Source of the DNA: Nitrosopumilus sp.
GTDB taxonomy: Archaea > Thermoproteota > Nitrososphaeria > Nitrososphaerales > Nitrosopumilaceae
Assembly: GCA_965219345.1 (NCBI GenBank)
Contig: OZ244732.1
Location: forward strand, 64,001 to 128,000
DNA length: 64,000 nucleotides
Direction of reading: 5' to 3'
Part shown: one piece after another, positions 44,643 to 55,265 of the stretch
Numbering within the stretch: the stretch's first letter is position 1
Layout of the letters: each line of letters begins with the position of its first letter
The notes under the pieces: model-generated
The model's input: only the letters and a program-made list of their open reading frames with translations
What the model was told of the DNA's origin: nothing
The model's database searches: none
Position numbers and translations under genes: made by a program

Positions 44643-45326
44643 TTATTCGTAATTTGAGGCCCTTTGTGCATGGAATTTGTTACGAAAAAGAAATGCAGCA
44701 ATAATTGTTCCAACAAATGGTGCTGTCAAATATAGCCATAGATTATTTAGTTCCCCGGATAGCAATGCTGGTGCAAGTGCTCGGGCAGGATTCATTGATG
44801 CTCCCGAGATAAATGCCAGAAATAAAATATCCAAACCTACAATACCACCAATTGCAACACCGCTAAATCCTTTCAATCCTTTTGTATAAACAACATAAAA
44901 GATGACTCCCATAAGCATGGCGGAAGCTAATACTTCAACTGGAAATATTAGAAAAATTGAAAAATCATAGTTTGGGATATTTGCACCAAGATCTGCTTTT
45001 TCTCCAATAAAACTGAGAACAAAAAGCGAACCCAATAACGCACCAATTATCTCTGCTATAAAATAATATGCAACTTGAATTTTTGTAATGTGTCCTGTAA
45101 TGCAATAACCAATAGTTACAGCAGGATTGAAATGAGCGAATGATATTTTTCGAAAAGCATATACGGCAATAAGTAATGCAATAAAGGGTGCAAGAGCTGC
45201 AAACGGAATTCCTAACTTACCATCAAATACTTCAGCATCATAAACAATTGAACCAGTAGCAAAAACTACAAGAAGAAAAGTTCCAATTAACTCTACAATG
45301 AAAATTTGTAAATTTGAGTAAGACAT
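44643..45326 (-). CDS. MIP-family aquaporin
   Basis: Two NPA motifs (HFNPAVT, MNPARA). Confidence 0.93.
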   Translation of the reverse strand: MSYSNLQIFIVELIGTFLLVVFATGSIVYDAEVFDGKLGIPFAALAPFIALLIAVYAFRKISFAHFNPAVTIGYCITGHITKIQVAYYFIAEIIGALLGSLFVLSFIGEKADLGANIPNYDFSIFLIFPVEVLASAMLMGVIFYVVYTKGLKGFSGVAIGGIVGLDILFLAFISGASMNPARALAPALLSGELNNLWLYLTAPFVGTIIAAFLFRNKFHAQRASNYE

Positions 45327-45352
45327 TAGTTATGCTCCGTTGATACTTGCTG

Positions 45353-45661
45353 TTAAAATTTTTCAGTTCTTACTACGCCAACATCGCTTACATAAAGTAC
45401 TATAGCAAAATTTGCAAACATTGTTCTTGAGATCTCCTCTACAACATCCGATAATTTGTCTTCTCTCATAATTACCTCAACTTTGACATTTTTTTCATTT
45501 TTAAAGCCTTGACCACGTAAACCACGTGCTCCATTTCCTTCTACTTCATAAGTTGTATATCCAGTAATTTCATGTTTTTTTAAAATTTCAATGATATTTT
45601 TTTGTGCAAGAATTTCGCAAGTGACAGTAAGTAATTTAACGTTATAGAATTTCATGTCCAA
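45353..45661 (-). CDS. sbtB: PII-like protein SbtB
   Basis: GYT...GNGARG, NVKVEVI and C-terminal VVRTEKF. Directly downstream of sbtA. Confidence 0.8.
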   Translation of the reverse strand: MDMKFYNVKLLTVTCEILAQKNIIEILKKHEITGYTTYEVEGNGARGLRGQGFKNEKNVKVEVIMREDKLSDVVEEISRTMFANFAIVLYVSDVGVVRTEKF

Positions 45662-46737
45662 TCCTGTGTGATATAATTGAATAAGTCTATCGATCCTTCT
45701 ACATTATGTGCAATTGAAGAGACAACAAACATGATAGGCAGTAAGACGATAATGTTGTAAGGAAACGTAATTCCTAATGCAGATGTAATGTAAAGACTTG
45801 GTTTTGCCTCAGGCATTGCATGACGTAATATTGCGGGTGCCGCAATAAATGACGCACTAGCTAAAAGTAACCCAAACATTACTGCACCGCCCAAACTCAA
45901 TCCCATTGCAGTTGCAACTAAAACACCGATAACTCCATTAAATGTAGGCATGATTACAGCAAAAGCAATAAGAAAAATGCCAACTTTTTTGAGATCATCA
46001 AGTCTTTGGCCAGCAATAATTCCCATCTCAATCATAAAGATAACAATGGCTCCTGTGAACATCTCATCAAATACAATTTTGATTGAGGTGAACCCTTCCT
46101 CACCAATAATGTAACCTATGACAATACATCCAAGCAGAATAACTATTGCCTTACCAGTTATTGATTCATGTAATACCTGAGAAAGTTTTGTCTTGGTTTC
46201 TTGTATTCCCATTTCAATATCAGATACATCATCATTTGTGAAAGACTGTTTTTTTGTACGGATTTGTTTTGCAACTGCCATATTTGTCAAAAATATTGCC
46301 ATGATAAATGAGACGGGTTCTAAAACTGCTAAAATAGCTGCAAGATATCCCTCAGATGTAACGCCTTGATTCTTGAGAAAAGATAAACCAACAGAGAAAG
46401 TCACAGCTCCTACTGCACCATAAGTCGATGCTAGTGCATAAGAATCAAAGAGATTGAATTTTCCTAATCTTCGTAGAATTTGATAATGATTCAAAGTAAA
46501 CAAAAGGGAAATGCCAATTACAACTAACATTGGAATTAGCATGTTCTCAAATCCAGTATTTCTCATTTCTATTCCTCCATGAAGTCCAATTGCTGCAAGA
46601 AGGTAGATTGGCAAAAATTCTGAAATTGCTTCAGGAATTTTTAAATCAGATTTTATTCTAGCAGCGATAATTCCAAACAAAAAGAACAGAATTATCGGAG
46701 TAAGAAGGTTTGATTGTATTAATAGTAAAATATCCAT
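45652..46737 (-). CDS. sbtA: Sodium-dependent bicarbonate transporter SbtA family
   Basis: KSDLKIP, YLLAAIGLHGG, ASASFIAAPA and LGITFPYN motifs. Confidence 0.88.
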   Translation of the reverse strand: MDILLLIQSNLLTPIILFFLFGIIAARIKSDLKIPEAISEFLPIYLLAAIGLHGGIEMRNTGFENMLIPMLVVIGISLLFTLNHYQILRRLGKFNLFDSYALASTYGAVGAVTFSVGLSFLKNQGVTSEGYLAAILAVLEPVSFIMAIFLTNMAVAKQIRTKKQSFTNDDVSDIEMGIQETKTKLSQVLHESITGKAIVILLGCIVIGYIIGEEGFTSIKIVFDEMFTGAIVIFMIEMGIIAGQRLDDLKKVGIFLIAFAVIMPTFNGVIGVLVATAMGLSLGGAVMFGLLLASASFIAAPAILRHAMPEAKPSLYITSALGITFPYNIIVLLPIMFVVSSIAHNVEGSIDLFNYITQDWT

Positions 46738-46772
46738 TTGAATATTTCAAAAAATTTGTGCTAGAATAAAAA

Positions 46773-47759
46773 TCAAACAAATAGATGAATTAAATAAGTA
46801 AATGCAATTCCTAGTGCAGCACTACCCGGGATGGTAATTAACCATGCAAAAACAATTTGTCGGCCTACCTTCCAACGTACAGCACGCGTTCTTCGTGCAG
46901 CACCAGATCCCATTATAGTGCCAGTAATGGCATGAGTAGTACTTGCAGGAATGCCCAAAGTAGCAAAAATTGCTAGCATCAGTCCGCCTCCAGTTTCTGC
47001 TGCAAATCCTTGATATGGTTTGAGTTTCGTGATTTTTACGCCAAGTGTTTTAATGACTTTGTACCCACCAAAGAAAGTACCCAATCCCATTGCAGCTGCG
47101 GCTGCAAAGATTACCCATAGAGGCATTTCAAGTTCAGGAATCATTCCAGCTGAAAACAAGATTAGGACGATAATTCCCATAGTTTTTTGTCCATCATTGG
47201 CTCCATGAGTTAGAGCAAACCAACCTGAAGAAATTATTTGCAATCTACCAAAAGTTTTGTTTACAATTGCAGGTCTACGATTAGCAAAAATAGTAATTAT
47301 TAATCCTGTAAGCAAGAAACCAAAAATTATTCCACCGATTGGAGCAATAACAATTCCTGCAAAAATTTTGCTCAGACCATCAAAAACTAATGTTTCAAAG
47401 CCTATCCCTGCGATACCTGCGCCCATTATTCCGCCAACTAATGAATGGCTGTTAGAAATTGGCAATCCAAAATATGTACATAGCACACTCCAGGTGATTG
47501 CACCTGCTAAACCTCCCACAATCATGTAAACTGTGATATCATCAGGACTCACAATGCCTTTTGCAATAGTTGTTGCCACTGCCACACCAAAAACAAAAGG
47601 CCCTACAAAATTTGCAATTGCAGATAAAGTTACGGCATGAAGTGGTTTTAGAACACGTGTTCCAATAACTGTAGCAATGGAATTTGCAGAATCATTAAAT
47701 CCATTTACAAAATCAAAGATTAATGCAACTATTATTGCTGCTATTGCTATTTCAAACAT
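46773..47759 (-). CDS. pit: Inorganic phosphate transporter (PiT family)
   Basis: NGFNDSAN and HGANDGQK motifs. Confidence 0.93.
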   Translation of the reverse strand: MFEIAIAAIIVALIFDFVNGFNDSANSIATVIGTRVLKPLHAVTLSAIANFVGPFVFGVAVATTIAKGIVSPDDITVYMIVGGLAGAITWSVLCTYFGLPISNSHSLVGGIMGAGIAGIGFETLVFDGLSKIFAGIVIAPIGGIIFGFLLTGLIITIFANRRPAIVNKTFGRLQIISSGWFALTHGANDGQKTMGIIVLILFSAGMIPELEMPLWVIFAAAAAMGLGTFFGGYKVIKTLGVKITKLKPYQGFAAETGGGLMLAIFATLGIPASTTHAITGTIMGSGAARRTRAVRWKVGRQIVFAWLITIPGSAALGIAFTYLIHLFV

Positions 47760-47768
47760 AGAACCATC

Positions 47769-48404
47769 TTAAGTATATTTTAGAACAATATCTTCAATGA
47801 CATCTGCAACATCTACACACCTATCTGATGCAGTTTCCATGGTTTCATAGATATCTTTTAGTTTAATGATTTGGATTGCATCATCAGTCTCAAATAGTTC
47901 TTTGATAGCTTCTCTATACAGATCATCGACAACATGTTCGATGTTACTAGTATTTCTACAGTGAGTAATCATATCTTTAGTATTTTTGATGTGCTGTAAT
48001 TTTGAAACCATATATTCTACTTCTTTTGTAGCTTTGACAAGTTCCTGAGCCATTTGTTCACAGTATGGTGGAGGAGTAGTGATTTTGTAGCTGTATACCC
48101 TTGCAGCAATACCATCCATAAAATCAATTACATCATCTATTTTTGATGCAATTCTTTGCATGTCCTCACGATCTAAAGGAGTGATGAAAGTCTTGTTTAG
48201 TTCTGTAAAGATATCACGGGTTAAAACATCTGCTTCAGTTTCAAGTTTATGAATTTTTTTTCCTTGTTCAATGTTATTGAGATCTGAGAATAAAACTACT
48301 ACAGCTTCAGAGGTTTCAACTGCTTTTTTTGCTAAATTATCAAGAATTGTTAAGAGTTCTTTTTCATTAGATTTGATCCATGATAGCCACATTCCCATGA
48401 TCAC
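47769..48404 (-). CDS. DUF47/PhoU-like Pit accessory protein
   Basis: ETEAD, FITPLDREDM and DRCVDVAD motifs. Confidence 0.9.
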   Translation of the reverse strand: MIMGMWLSWIKSNEKELLTILDNLAKKAVETSEAVVVLFSDLNNIEQGKKIHKLETEADVLTRDIFTELNKTFITPLDREDMQRIASKIDDVIDFMDGIAARVYSYKITTPPPYCEQMAQELVKATKEVEYMVSKLQHIKNTKDMITHCRNTSNIEHVVDDLYREAIKELFETDDAIQIIKLKDIYETMETASDRCVDVADVIEDIVLKYT

Positions 48405-48477
48405 TCAAATGCAGATTTTGAATTAAGATTAGTGAACATAAAGTCTATTGTACTATATAGAAAGAATCAACTTTCAA

Positions 48478-49263
48478 TCAGAATGGCCTGTTTACTTCAC
48501 GTGTAAACACATAGCTTGCAAGACCAGCCATCACAAATACAAATGCAAAGAGGACAATAAGGCTAAGTAGAATTGGAATTCCACCTTCAGATACGCCTGT
48601 CATCATTTCCCTTACTAGTAAAATGGTATAGGTAACAGGGTTTAGTTTTGCAATTATAGCAAGCCAGTCTGGTAGTAATTCCAAAGGGAACAATGCAGGA
48701 CTAATCATGAATAGCGGCATTCCAAGAAAATTAATCACGCCCCAAAAGGTTTCTTGAGATTTTGCAGTGGCTGCAACCATAACAGAAATTCCTGAGAATC
48801 CCAGCGAAAACAAAATTACAATTCCCATGATTGGAATAATCATGATAGGATTAGGAAAATTAACTCCAATTGCCAGAGCAATTCCAATAATCAAACTAGC
48901 TTGCAAAGCTGAAATCAAAGAAATTGCAGACATCTTACCCAGAGCAATTGCAGAACGAGAAATTGGCGAAGTCAATGCCTTGTTCATAAAACCATATCGT
49001 CTATCCCATAAAGTATTGACACCTCCAAAGATACTGGTAAAAATTGCGGTAAGAATAATGACTCCAGGTGTCATAAACTCAATATATTCTCCTTGAAAAC
49101 CAACGGACTGAATTAGTGGTTGAGTTCCCGAAAAAGTATTTCCAACTACGATAATCCAAATTGCAGGTTGAATTAATCTAATTAAAACACCACTTCTGGA
49201 TTTTTTGTATCTCTTTAACTCCCTCCAAAAAATTGTATAAGTATCATACATCAAGGTATTCAT
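48478..49263 (-). CDS. ABC-2 exporter permease
   Basis: DRRYG, PISR and LNPVTY motifs, six TM helices. Confidence 0.9.
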   Translation of the reverse strand: MNTLMYDTYTIFWRELKRYKKSRSGVLIRLIQPAIWIIVVGNTFSGTQPLIQSVGFQGEYIEFMTPGVIILTAIFTSIFGGVNTLWDRRYGFMNKALTSPISRSAIALGKMSAISLISALQASLIIGIALAIGVNFPNPIMIIPIMGIVILFSLGFSGISVMVAATAKSQETFWGVINFLGMPLFMISPALFPLELLPDWLAIIAKLNPVTYTILLVREMMTGVSEGGIPILLSLIVLFAFVFVMAGLASYVFTREVNRPF

Positions 49264-50273
49264 GCCCGTAGCCTCTTCATTTTTGCATGCTCACGTTTCT
49301 GATTGAACTTGGAATCATCATCCCTAATTTCGTGTCCAGTGTAAGAGATGAACACATCATCAAGGGTTGGTTGAGTAAGAGAGATAGAACTAATTTTGAT
49401 GTTAAGTTTTGATGAAATCTGGAAAATTTTTGGAATTACTTCTGTTCCATTTGATGCAAAAAGGGTTAGTTTAGACCCATCTTTGTTGATCTTGTTCACA
49501 AATTCAATTTTTTCAAGCTCAGATAAGAAGGAATCACGGTTTTCTCCTTCCTCAAATATGATTGAAATGACTTCGTTTCCCATTGCTTTTTTCATGTTTT
49601 CTGGAGAATCAATCACCTGAATTTTCCCACCATCAATTATTCCAACTCTGTCGCATAGTTGATCTGCCTCTTCCATATAGTGAGTTGTTAGAAATATTGT
49701 CATCTCAAACTCATCATGAATTTTTTTGATATATTGCCAAATCTTTCTACGGGTTTGAATATCTAATCCAACAGTAGGCTCGTCAAGGAACAATACCTTT
49801 GGCCTATGCAAAAGACCACCTGCAATATCTAATCTCTTCCTCATACCGCCAGAATATGTAACAACTGTCTTGTCTTGCTTTTCAGCAAGTTCGATTAGAG
49901 CCAAAATTTCATCAATTCTTTTGTCAATTTTGTCTTTTGGGATGTGATTGAGCTTTGCTTGCAGCAGAAGATTTTCTCTTCCAGTTAGATACTCATCAAC
50001 AGTTGTTTCTTGTTGGACATATCCAATATTTTGTCTGACTTGTTTAGCATTTGTCGCTACATCAAACCCAGAAATCAAAGCTTGTCCAGATGTTGGCTTC
50101 AATAATGTAGAAAGAATCATTATCGTAGTACTTTTTCCAGCCCCGTTAGGTCCCAAAAATCCAAAGATCTCTCCATTTTTGACTGAAAGAGAAATGTCGT
50201 TAACAGCAATTACATCTCCAAATGACTTTGTGAGGGATTTTGTTTCTATTGAGTACAATGCGTTTGATCGCAT
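49260..50273 (-). CDS. ABC exporter ATP-binding protein (DrrA-like)
   Basis: GPNGAGKST, YSGGM and LFLDEPT motifs. Confidence 0.95.
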   Translation of the reverse strand: MRSNALYSIETKSLTKSFGDVIAVNDISLSVKNGEIFGFLGPNGAGKSTTIMILSTLLKPTSGQALISGFDVATNAKQVRQNIGYVQQETTVDEYLTGRENLLLQAKLNHIPKDKIDKRIDEILALIELAEKQDKTVVTYSGGMRKRLDIAGGLLHRPKVLFLDEPTVGLDIQTRRKIWQYIKKIHDEFEMTIFLTTHYMEEADQLCDRVGIIDGGKIQVIDSPENMKKAMGNEVISIIFEEGENRDSFLSELEKIEFVNKINKDGSKLTLFASNGTEVIPKIFQISSKLNIKISSISLTQPTLDDVFISYTGHEIRDDDSKFNQKREHAKMKRLRA

Positions 50274-50351
50274 TTTTCAATTATAAATTGCTAAGTATTG
50301 ATTCAGTCGATCCTCACAAAAAATTTAAAGAGTGATTTGAGAATTTACTTT

Positions 50352-50450
50352 ATGAAAGGACTTTGTCATAAATGTCAGTCATCAAATGTAGAAATAACAG
50401 TTCAAGAAGGAATTCCCGTTTGTTCAGTGTGTAATGATAAAACAGATTAA
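50352..50450 (+). CDS. 32-aa zinc-ribbon microprotein (not in the ORF track)
   Basis: Translates as MKGLCHKCQSSNVEITVQEGIPVCSVCNDKTD. TTTAAA lies about 25 bp upstream. Confidence 0.6.
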   Translation: MKGLCHKCQSSNVEITVQEGIPVCSVCNDKTD

Positions 50451-50489
50451 TCAAAAAGTGTTATTTTGAAAAAAGAAGTGTGAAAGAGA

Positions 50490-50942
50490 TCATTCAAGAT
50501 TCTTGAATTCTTCTTTGGTCATTCTTAAAATGACTTTTTCTCCTACTCCCCAAATTTCTGATTTGGATAGAATCTTAGAACGTACCAAACCATATCTTAT
50601 TTCTATTGATTCTAATTCGTTGATATCAGGATGTTTATGCAATAGCTTTACTTTGCCAATTTTATGACCGTCAATATCAACAACTGGTATTCCTGTTCTA
50701 ACAGGTGGTCGGCTAAGAAGCAGCATTTCCTTGGAAAATTTGTCTATATAATCGTCGGAAAGAAAATAGTCTTTGTTGAATCCTTGATGGATTGTCACGC
50801 CAGATACGGTAAGTGTATCTTGGTTGATGTGTATGTGTTTGACTTTACCATATTCAATTCCCTCTCTATCTATGACTTTTTTTCCAGTAAAGGAATCTGC
50901 AGTAACTAATTTGCCAGACATTCCTTCTAGTTTTACAGACAT
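50490..50942 (-). CDS. Tandem PRC-barrel protein
   Basis: GKKVIDREGIEYGKV and GIPVVDIDGHKIGKV motifs. Confidence 0.8.
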   Translation of the reverse strand: MSVKLEGMSGKLVTADSFTGKKVIDREGIEYGKVKHIHINQDTLTVSGVTIHQGFNKDYFLSDDYIDKFSKEMLLLSRPPVRTGIPVVDIDGHKIGKVKLLHKHPDINELESIEIRYGLVRSKILSKSEIWGVGEKVILRMTKEEFKNLE

Positions 50943-51030
50943 AATCTCAAATGATCATATTTGCTTATCATACCAGATATCAGAAATTCCTATCAATGAG
51001 GTTAAATTACTTGACAGAAAAAAATTATGC

Positions 51031-51354
51031 ATGGAAATAAAAGAAGATTTGTTCCGACCAATCCTCACCACAAAGGGCAGAAAGACAGGAAAACAGCATT
51101 CCGTGATGCTCCGTGCAGTCAACTATAAAGGAAAAATATATTTTTCCAGACACAAACCAGATGGAGACTGGTTCAAAAATGCCTTGACAAATTCTGAAGT
51201 AGAAATTGAATACAATAATTTTGTTTTTTCAGGAAAGGCAAAATTAGTAACAGATGAAGAATTGAGTAAAATAATTTCCCAGTTAAAATATCCTGGAGAA
51301 GAAAAAGCAAATGAAGAGAGAGTAACAATTGAAGTCACGCTTAATTCTAAATAA
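51031..51354 (+). CDS. Deazaflavin (F420)-dependent nitroreductase-like protein
   Basis: LTTKGRKTG and DWFKN motifs. ATG at 51031 preferred. Confidence 0.75.
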   Translation: MEIKEDLFRPILTTKGRKTGKQHSVMLRAVNYKGKIYFSRHKPDGDWFKNALTNSEVEIEYNNFVFSGKAKLVTDEELSKIISQLKYPGEEKANEERVTIEVTLNSK

Positions 51355-51430
51355 GTTATTCTGAACAATATTTTTTCAGTGATTTCTTAGTAAACACTAA
51401 ATTCCAGCTACTAAAAAAGGATAGGGAGAA

Positions 51431-53635
51431 ATGAATTCAAAAATAATAATTCCAATTGCGGTTGTCATTTCAGCAATAGTTACAGCAGGAATAATGTATG
51501 GTATTGGTTTTGATCAACAAACTCAAGTTTCACAAATATCAACACCTGAAATAATCCATGTTGATAAATCAGTATCAGAATATTTTGAAGGAACGCATGA
51601 TATCAAAAAAATATCTTCACAAGAAGAGTTAGAGGAAATTCTTGAAGCATCTACATTGTTTGGAGGAGGCTTCTATGACAATAGAATTCTCACAAGGAAC
51701 ATGGCAGTTGATGAAGCAGTGATGTTTGAAACCGCCTCATCTGACGGTGTGTCAGTTCCTTCAGTAGCTAAAACAGAGTCTGGAGGTTCAGACTATTCAA
51801 CAACAAATGTTCAAGTTGCAAATGTTGATGAGCCAGACTATCTCAAAAATGATTCAAAATATGTCTACATTGTATCTAGAAATACACTTTCAATAATTGA
51901 TGCATACCCAGCAGAGTCTGCTAAATTAATTCTCAAAATTGCTCTGGATATTGAGTCACAATATATCCAAAATATGTTCCTAAATGAAGATAGATTAGTG
52001 ATATTTTATAATGGACAAAGCGACGATGAAATAATCCCACAGTTTGACTTTGTTCCACGTCATTCTTACAGTTCAGTTACACATGCATTAATTATTGATG
52101 TCTCGGATAAAGAAAATCCAAACATTCTCAAAGATTATTCCATTGATGGTCATTTTAAAGATGCACGAATGATTGGGAATTATGCATATTTCGTAACTAA
52201 TAGTAATATTGATCATCAGTATCCAAGACTTCCAATAATTTTGGAGAGTTCGGTCAGAATTATGACTCCTGATGCGTTTTATTTTGATAATGTAGAACAG
52301 TTTTCAAACTTTAACACACTTACTGCAATTGACATATTTGGGGACACAATAAATTCAGAGACATTCCTTATGGGGCATACCGGAGCATTCTATGTATCTG
52401 AAGACAACTTTTACTTGACTTACCAACAAAATATGCCATTTGGATTTTACGAGAATTCATCACGAGACAGATTCTTTGATGTTATATTACCACTATTACC
52501 AAAAAATATTCAAGATGAAATTAAAGCAATTCAAAATGATTCTTCAATGAATTCATCTACAAACTGGATAAAAATTTCAGAATTAATGCAAAAGTCATAC
52601 AATGAGATGAACAAGAATGACAAAGAAGAACTATTTGAAAAAATTAGAGAAGCATTAAACGAATATGACACAAAGATCCAAGAAGAGACAAGAAAAACAA
52701 TAATTCATAAAATATCAATTGACGAGGATAAAATAGAATATGTTGCAAAAGGTTCAGTTCCAGGCAGTCTGCTTAATCAATTTTCCATGGATGAAAGCGG
52801 GGATAGGTTTAGAGTTGCAACAACAACTGAAATTTATACGCAATACGAAGGAGCAATACGCTCAAACGCAGTTTATGTCTTAGATGAACAGCTTAACATC
52901 GTAGGAGAATTAGACCAAATTGCACCTGATGAGAGTATTTTTTCTGCTAGATTCATTGAGGACAGACTTTACTTGGTAACATTTCAACAAATTGACCCAT
53001 TCTTTGTAATTGACCTATCCACTGATACTCCAAAGATTCTAGGAGAGTTGAAAATTCCAGGATTTTCAAACTATTTGCATCCATATGATAAAGAACACGT
53101 TATTGGGATTGGCAGAGACACAAAAGAGATAGGAGAAGGAAGAGTTCAGCAATTAGGAGTCAAGATTGCACTATTCAATGTTGCAGATGTCAGCAATCCA
53201 AAAGTCGTGGATGACACAATCATAGGAGACAGTTCGACACATTCAGAGTCGCTGTATAACCACAAGGCATTCTTCTTTGATAAAACAAAAGGAGTTCTCT
53301 CAATACCAATTAGTGGAGATGTAGATAGTCTGAATGGAATTTCAAGTTCCAAGATGTTTGCACCAGATTATAACCGCTGGAGTGGATTCTATGTGTTTGA
53401 TTTGGACAGTTTAGATGGATTTGATATTAAAGGAACAGTAACCCATTCTGCGGATGACTCGCGTTATTATGGAATGGGAAGTGCAAGAACATTCCATATT
53501 GATGATGTCTTGTATACTGCATCTGACGGATATCTAAAGATGAATTTCTTCAACAACCTAGAAGAAATCAATTCAATAAAACTGGAAAACACTGGAAAAT
53601 TTATCGAGTATCTTGAAGAAGAGATTATTCGTTAA
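51431..53635 (+). CDS. Secreted beta-propeller domain protein (Beta_propel family)
   Basis: YSTTNVQVANVDEPD, LNQFSMDE and GELKIPGFSNYLHP motifs. Confidence 0.9.
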   Translation: MNSKIIIPIAVVISAIVTAGIMYGIGFDQQTQVSQISTPEIIHVDKSVSEYFEGTHDIKKISSQEELEEILEASTLFGGGFYDNRILTRNMAVDEAVMFETASSDGVSVPSVAKTESGGSDYSTTNVQVANVDEPDYLKNDSKYVYIVSRNTLSIIDAYPAESAKLILKIALDIESQYIQNMFLNEDRLVIFYNGQSDDEIIPQFDFVPRHSYSSVTHALIIDVSDKENPNILKDYSIDGHFKDARMIGNYAYFVTNSNIDHQYPRLPIILESSVRIMTPDAFYFDNVEQFSNFNTLTAIDIFGDTINSETFLMGHTGAFYVSEDNFYLTYQQNMPFGFYENSSRDRFFDVILPLLPKNIQDEIKAIQNDSSMNSSTNWIKISELMQKSYNEMNKNDKEELFEKIREALNEYDTKIQEETRKTIIHKISIDEDKIEYVAKGSVPGSLLNQFSMDESGDRFRVATTTEIYTQYEGAIRSNAVYVLDEQLNIVGELDQIAPDESIFSARFIEDRLYLVTFQQIDPFFVIDLSTDTPKILGELKIPGFSNYLHPYDKEHVIGIGRDTKEIGEGRVQQLGVKIALFNVADVSNPKVVDDTIIGDSSTHSESLYNHKAFFFDKTKGVLSIPISGDVDSLNGISSSKMFAPDYNRWSGFYVFDLDSLDGFDIKGTVTHSADDSRYYGMGSARTFHIDDVLYTASDGYLKMNFFNNLEEINSIKLENTGKFIEYLEEEIIR

Positions 53636-53636
53636 G

Positions 53637-54281
53637 TCATACTAGATGAACTATTGTTGTAAGTCCTCTTCTGTCAAATTCAACATCGTTCTCAACCTCA
53701 CTAACAGTCACTGTAAATGATATAACATCGCGTTGTTTGGCATTTTCTGCATGAAGTTTCAGATGTAAATCCATCATTTCGAATTCTTCAGTCGGTAAAT
53801 TAGTTTCATCAAAGTACGCCCCACAAGTGGATTCTATTCTAAATCTATCATGCTTAAAATGAAACCCAAGTTTCGTCTTTCTTCCCTTTCTTCCACTTGC
53901 TTTAACAACAACATCAATGATTCCGGGTTTTGTCTCAGTATAGCTAGATTTGTGATTTATAAAAACCCCAATCTCAAGAGGTTTGCCTGCAGTTGATTCT
54001 GCCATCTTTTGGATTCCATCGTTCATAACAATATCAACTGCTTTGATAGATTGAGCAACCTTTGCAATCCATTCATTTGTTCTTGTAATGGTTGCATGAA
54101 TTTCTGCACGCCTTCTTTTATCGTCATCCTCAGGTAATTTGTAATAATCAATCCATTCTTCGTAGTTATGAGAAATATCTTCGATGAAATCCATGCAAGT
54201 TCGTCTGTATTCATCAACATTATCAGTTCTCTCTGATGCATCATCAGTTCTAATACCGTCATAATCTTGTGGCATTGCCAT
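53637..54281 (-). CDS. Hypothetical protein
   Basis: 214-aa ORF with host-like composition. Confidence 0.75.
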   Translation of the reverse strand: MAMPQDYDGIRTDDASERTDNVDEYRRTCMDFIEDISHNYEEWIDYYKLPEDDDKRRRAEIHATITRTNEWIAKVAQSIKAVDIVMNDGIQKMAESTAGKPLEIGVFINHKSSYTETKPGIIDVVVKASGRKGRKTKLGFHFKHDRFRIESTCGAYFDETNLPTEEFEMMDLHLKLHAENAKQRDVISFTVTVSEVENDVEFDRRGLTTIVHLV

Positions 54282-54353
54282 ACCTTAGCTTCAGACGAAG
54301 TTCTAAAAAAACCAATCCTGACATAAAATTAATGATTATAAAAGGAATTTTCA

Positions 54354-54845
54354 TTGGATATAATGATGATGTTTTCTGAGTTGACTTCTGATCTTCAAGT
54401 TCAACTAAAAAGAGACTTGGCACAAATCAGATTTCTTCTAAAGAAAAATCAAGGAATGGCATATTCCAGAATTGTGGAGATTGGAAAAGAGGTCGGTAAA
54501 AAATACAATATCAAACTGGTAGTAAATTTTCCAAAAGAAGGAAGGATTGATGAATTTGACATGTATGGAAAAAGAGATTTGAGTCTGATTATAGATTATG
54601 ACCGAAAGAGATTTCCCATAGATAGGGAGTCAATCAAACAAAAGGCAAAAGAGATGCTAGGAAATGTACAAACTGAGGATGCATACATGTATGAAGATAA
54701 AGAAGGCGTGCGAGTCTTCACAGACAATTGGAAGATTGACATCTTACCTCATTCATTGCATATCTGGACAGAATTTAATGAAAATGTAACAGCATTTTGT
54801 GACTGGTTAATGGAAAATGTTTACCAGATGAAAAAGAAGGATTAA
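54354..54845 (+). CDS. Hypothetical protein
   Basis: 163-aa ORF. The true start may be one of the ATGs near 54363. Confidence 0.75.
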   Translation: MDIMMMFSELTSDLQVQLKRDLAQIRFLLKKNQGMAYSRIVEIGKEVGKKYNIKLVVNFPKEGRIDEFDMYGKRDLSLIIDYDRKRFPIDRESIKQKAKEMLGNVQTEDAYMYEDKEGVRVFTDNWKIDILPHSLHIWTEFNENVTAFCDWLMENVYQMKKKD

Positions 54846-54854
54846 GTCTTTCAA

Positions 54855-55214
54855 TTAGAGGTTTTCAAGCTCTTCAAGTAATTCTTTGGCCTCATAATTT
54901 TTTGGCTCTAATTTTACAATTCGCTTGCAACAATCTATTGCCTCATCTTTTTGTTGCAAGGCCAAATGAACATCAGTTTTGAGTTTAAGTGTTTCAACAT
55001 CACTATTATCTAGTTGGAATGCTTTTTCATAATATGGGAGTGCTTTTTTTGCATCTTCCAAAATTATGTAAACACCTCCCATGATAAACATAAAATCAGG
55101 ATCGTCGGAGAATTTAGATTCCAGACTGTCTCCAAATTCAATGGCTTGTACATATTCGCCTTCTCTGATTAATTTTTTCAGACGGCGTTTTGGATATCTA
55201 AAGAGGCTTACCAT
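54855..55214 (-). CDS. TPR-repeat protein
   Basis: Helical repeats with ALPYYEKA and AIDCCKRIVKLEPKN. Confidence 0.8.
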   Translation of the reverse strand: MVSLFRYPKRRLKKLIREGEYVQAIEFGDSLESKFSDDPDFMFIMGGVYIILEDAKKALPYYEKAFQLDNSDVETLKLKTDVHLALQQKDEAIDCCKRIVKLEPKNYEAKELLEELENL

Positions 55215-55265
55215 TTTTGATTCGTTATCTTTTGGAAGGTTTTGTCAATTTGAACGTAGATAATA

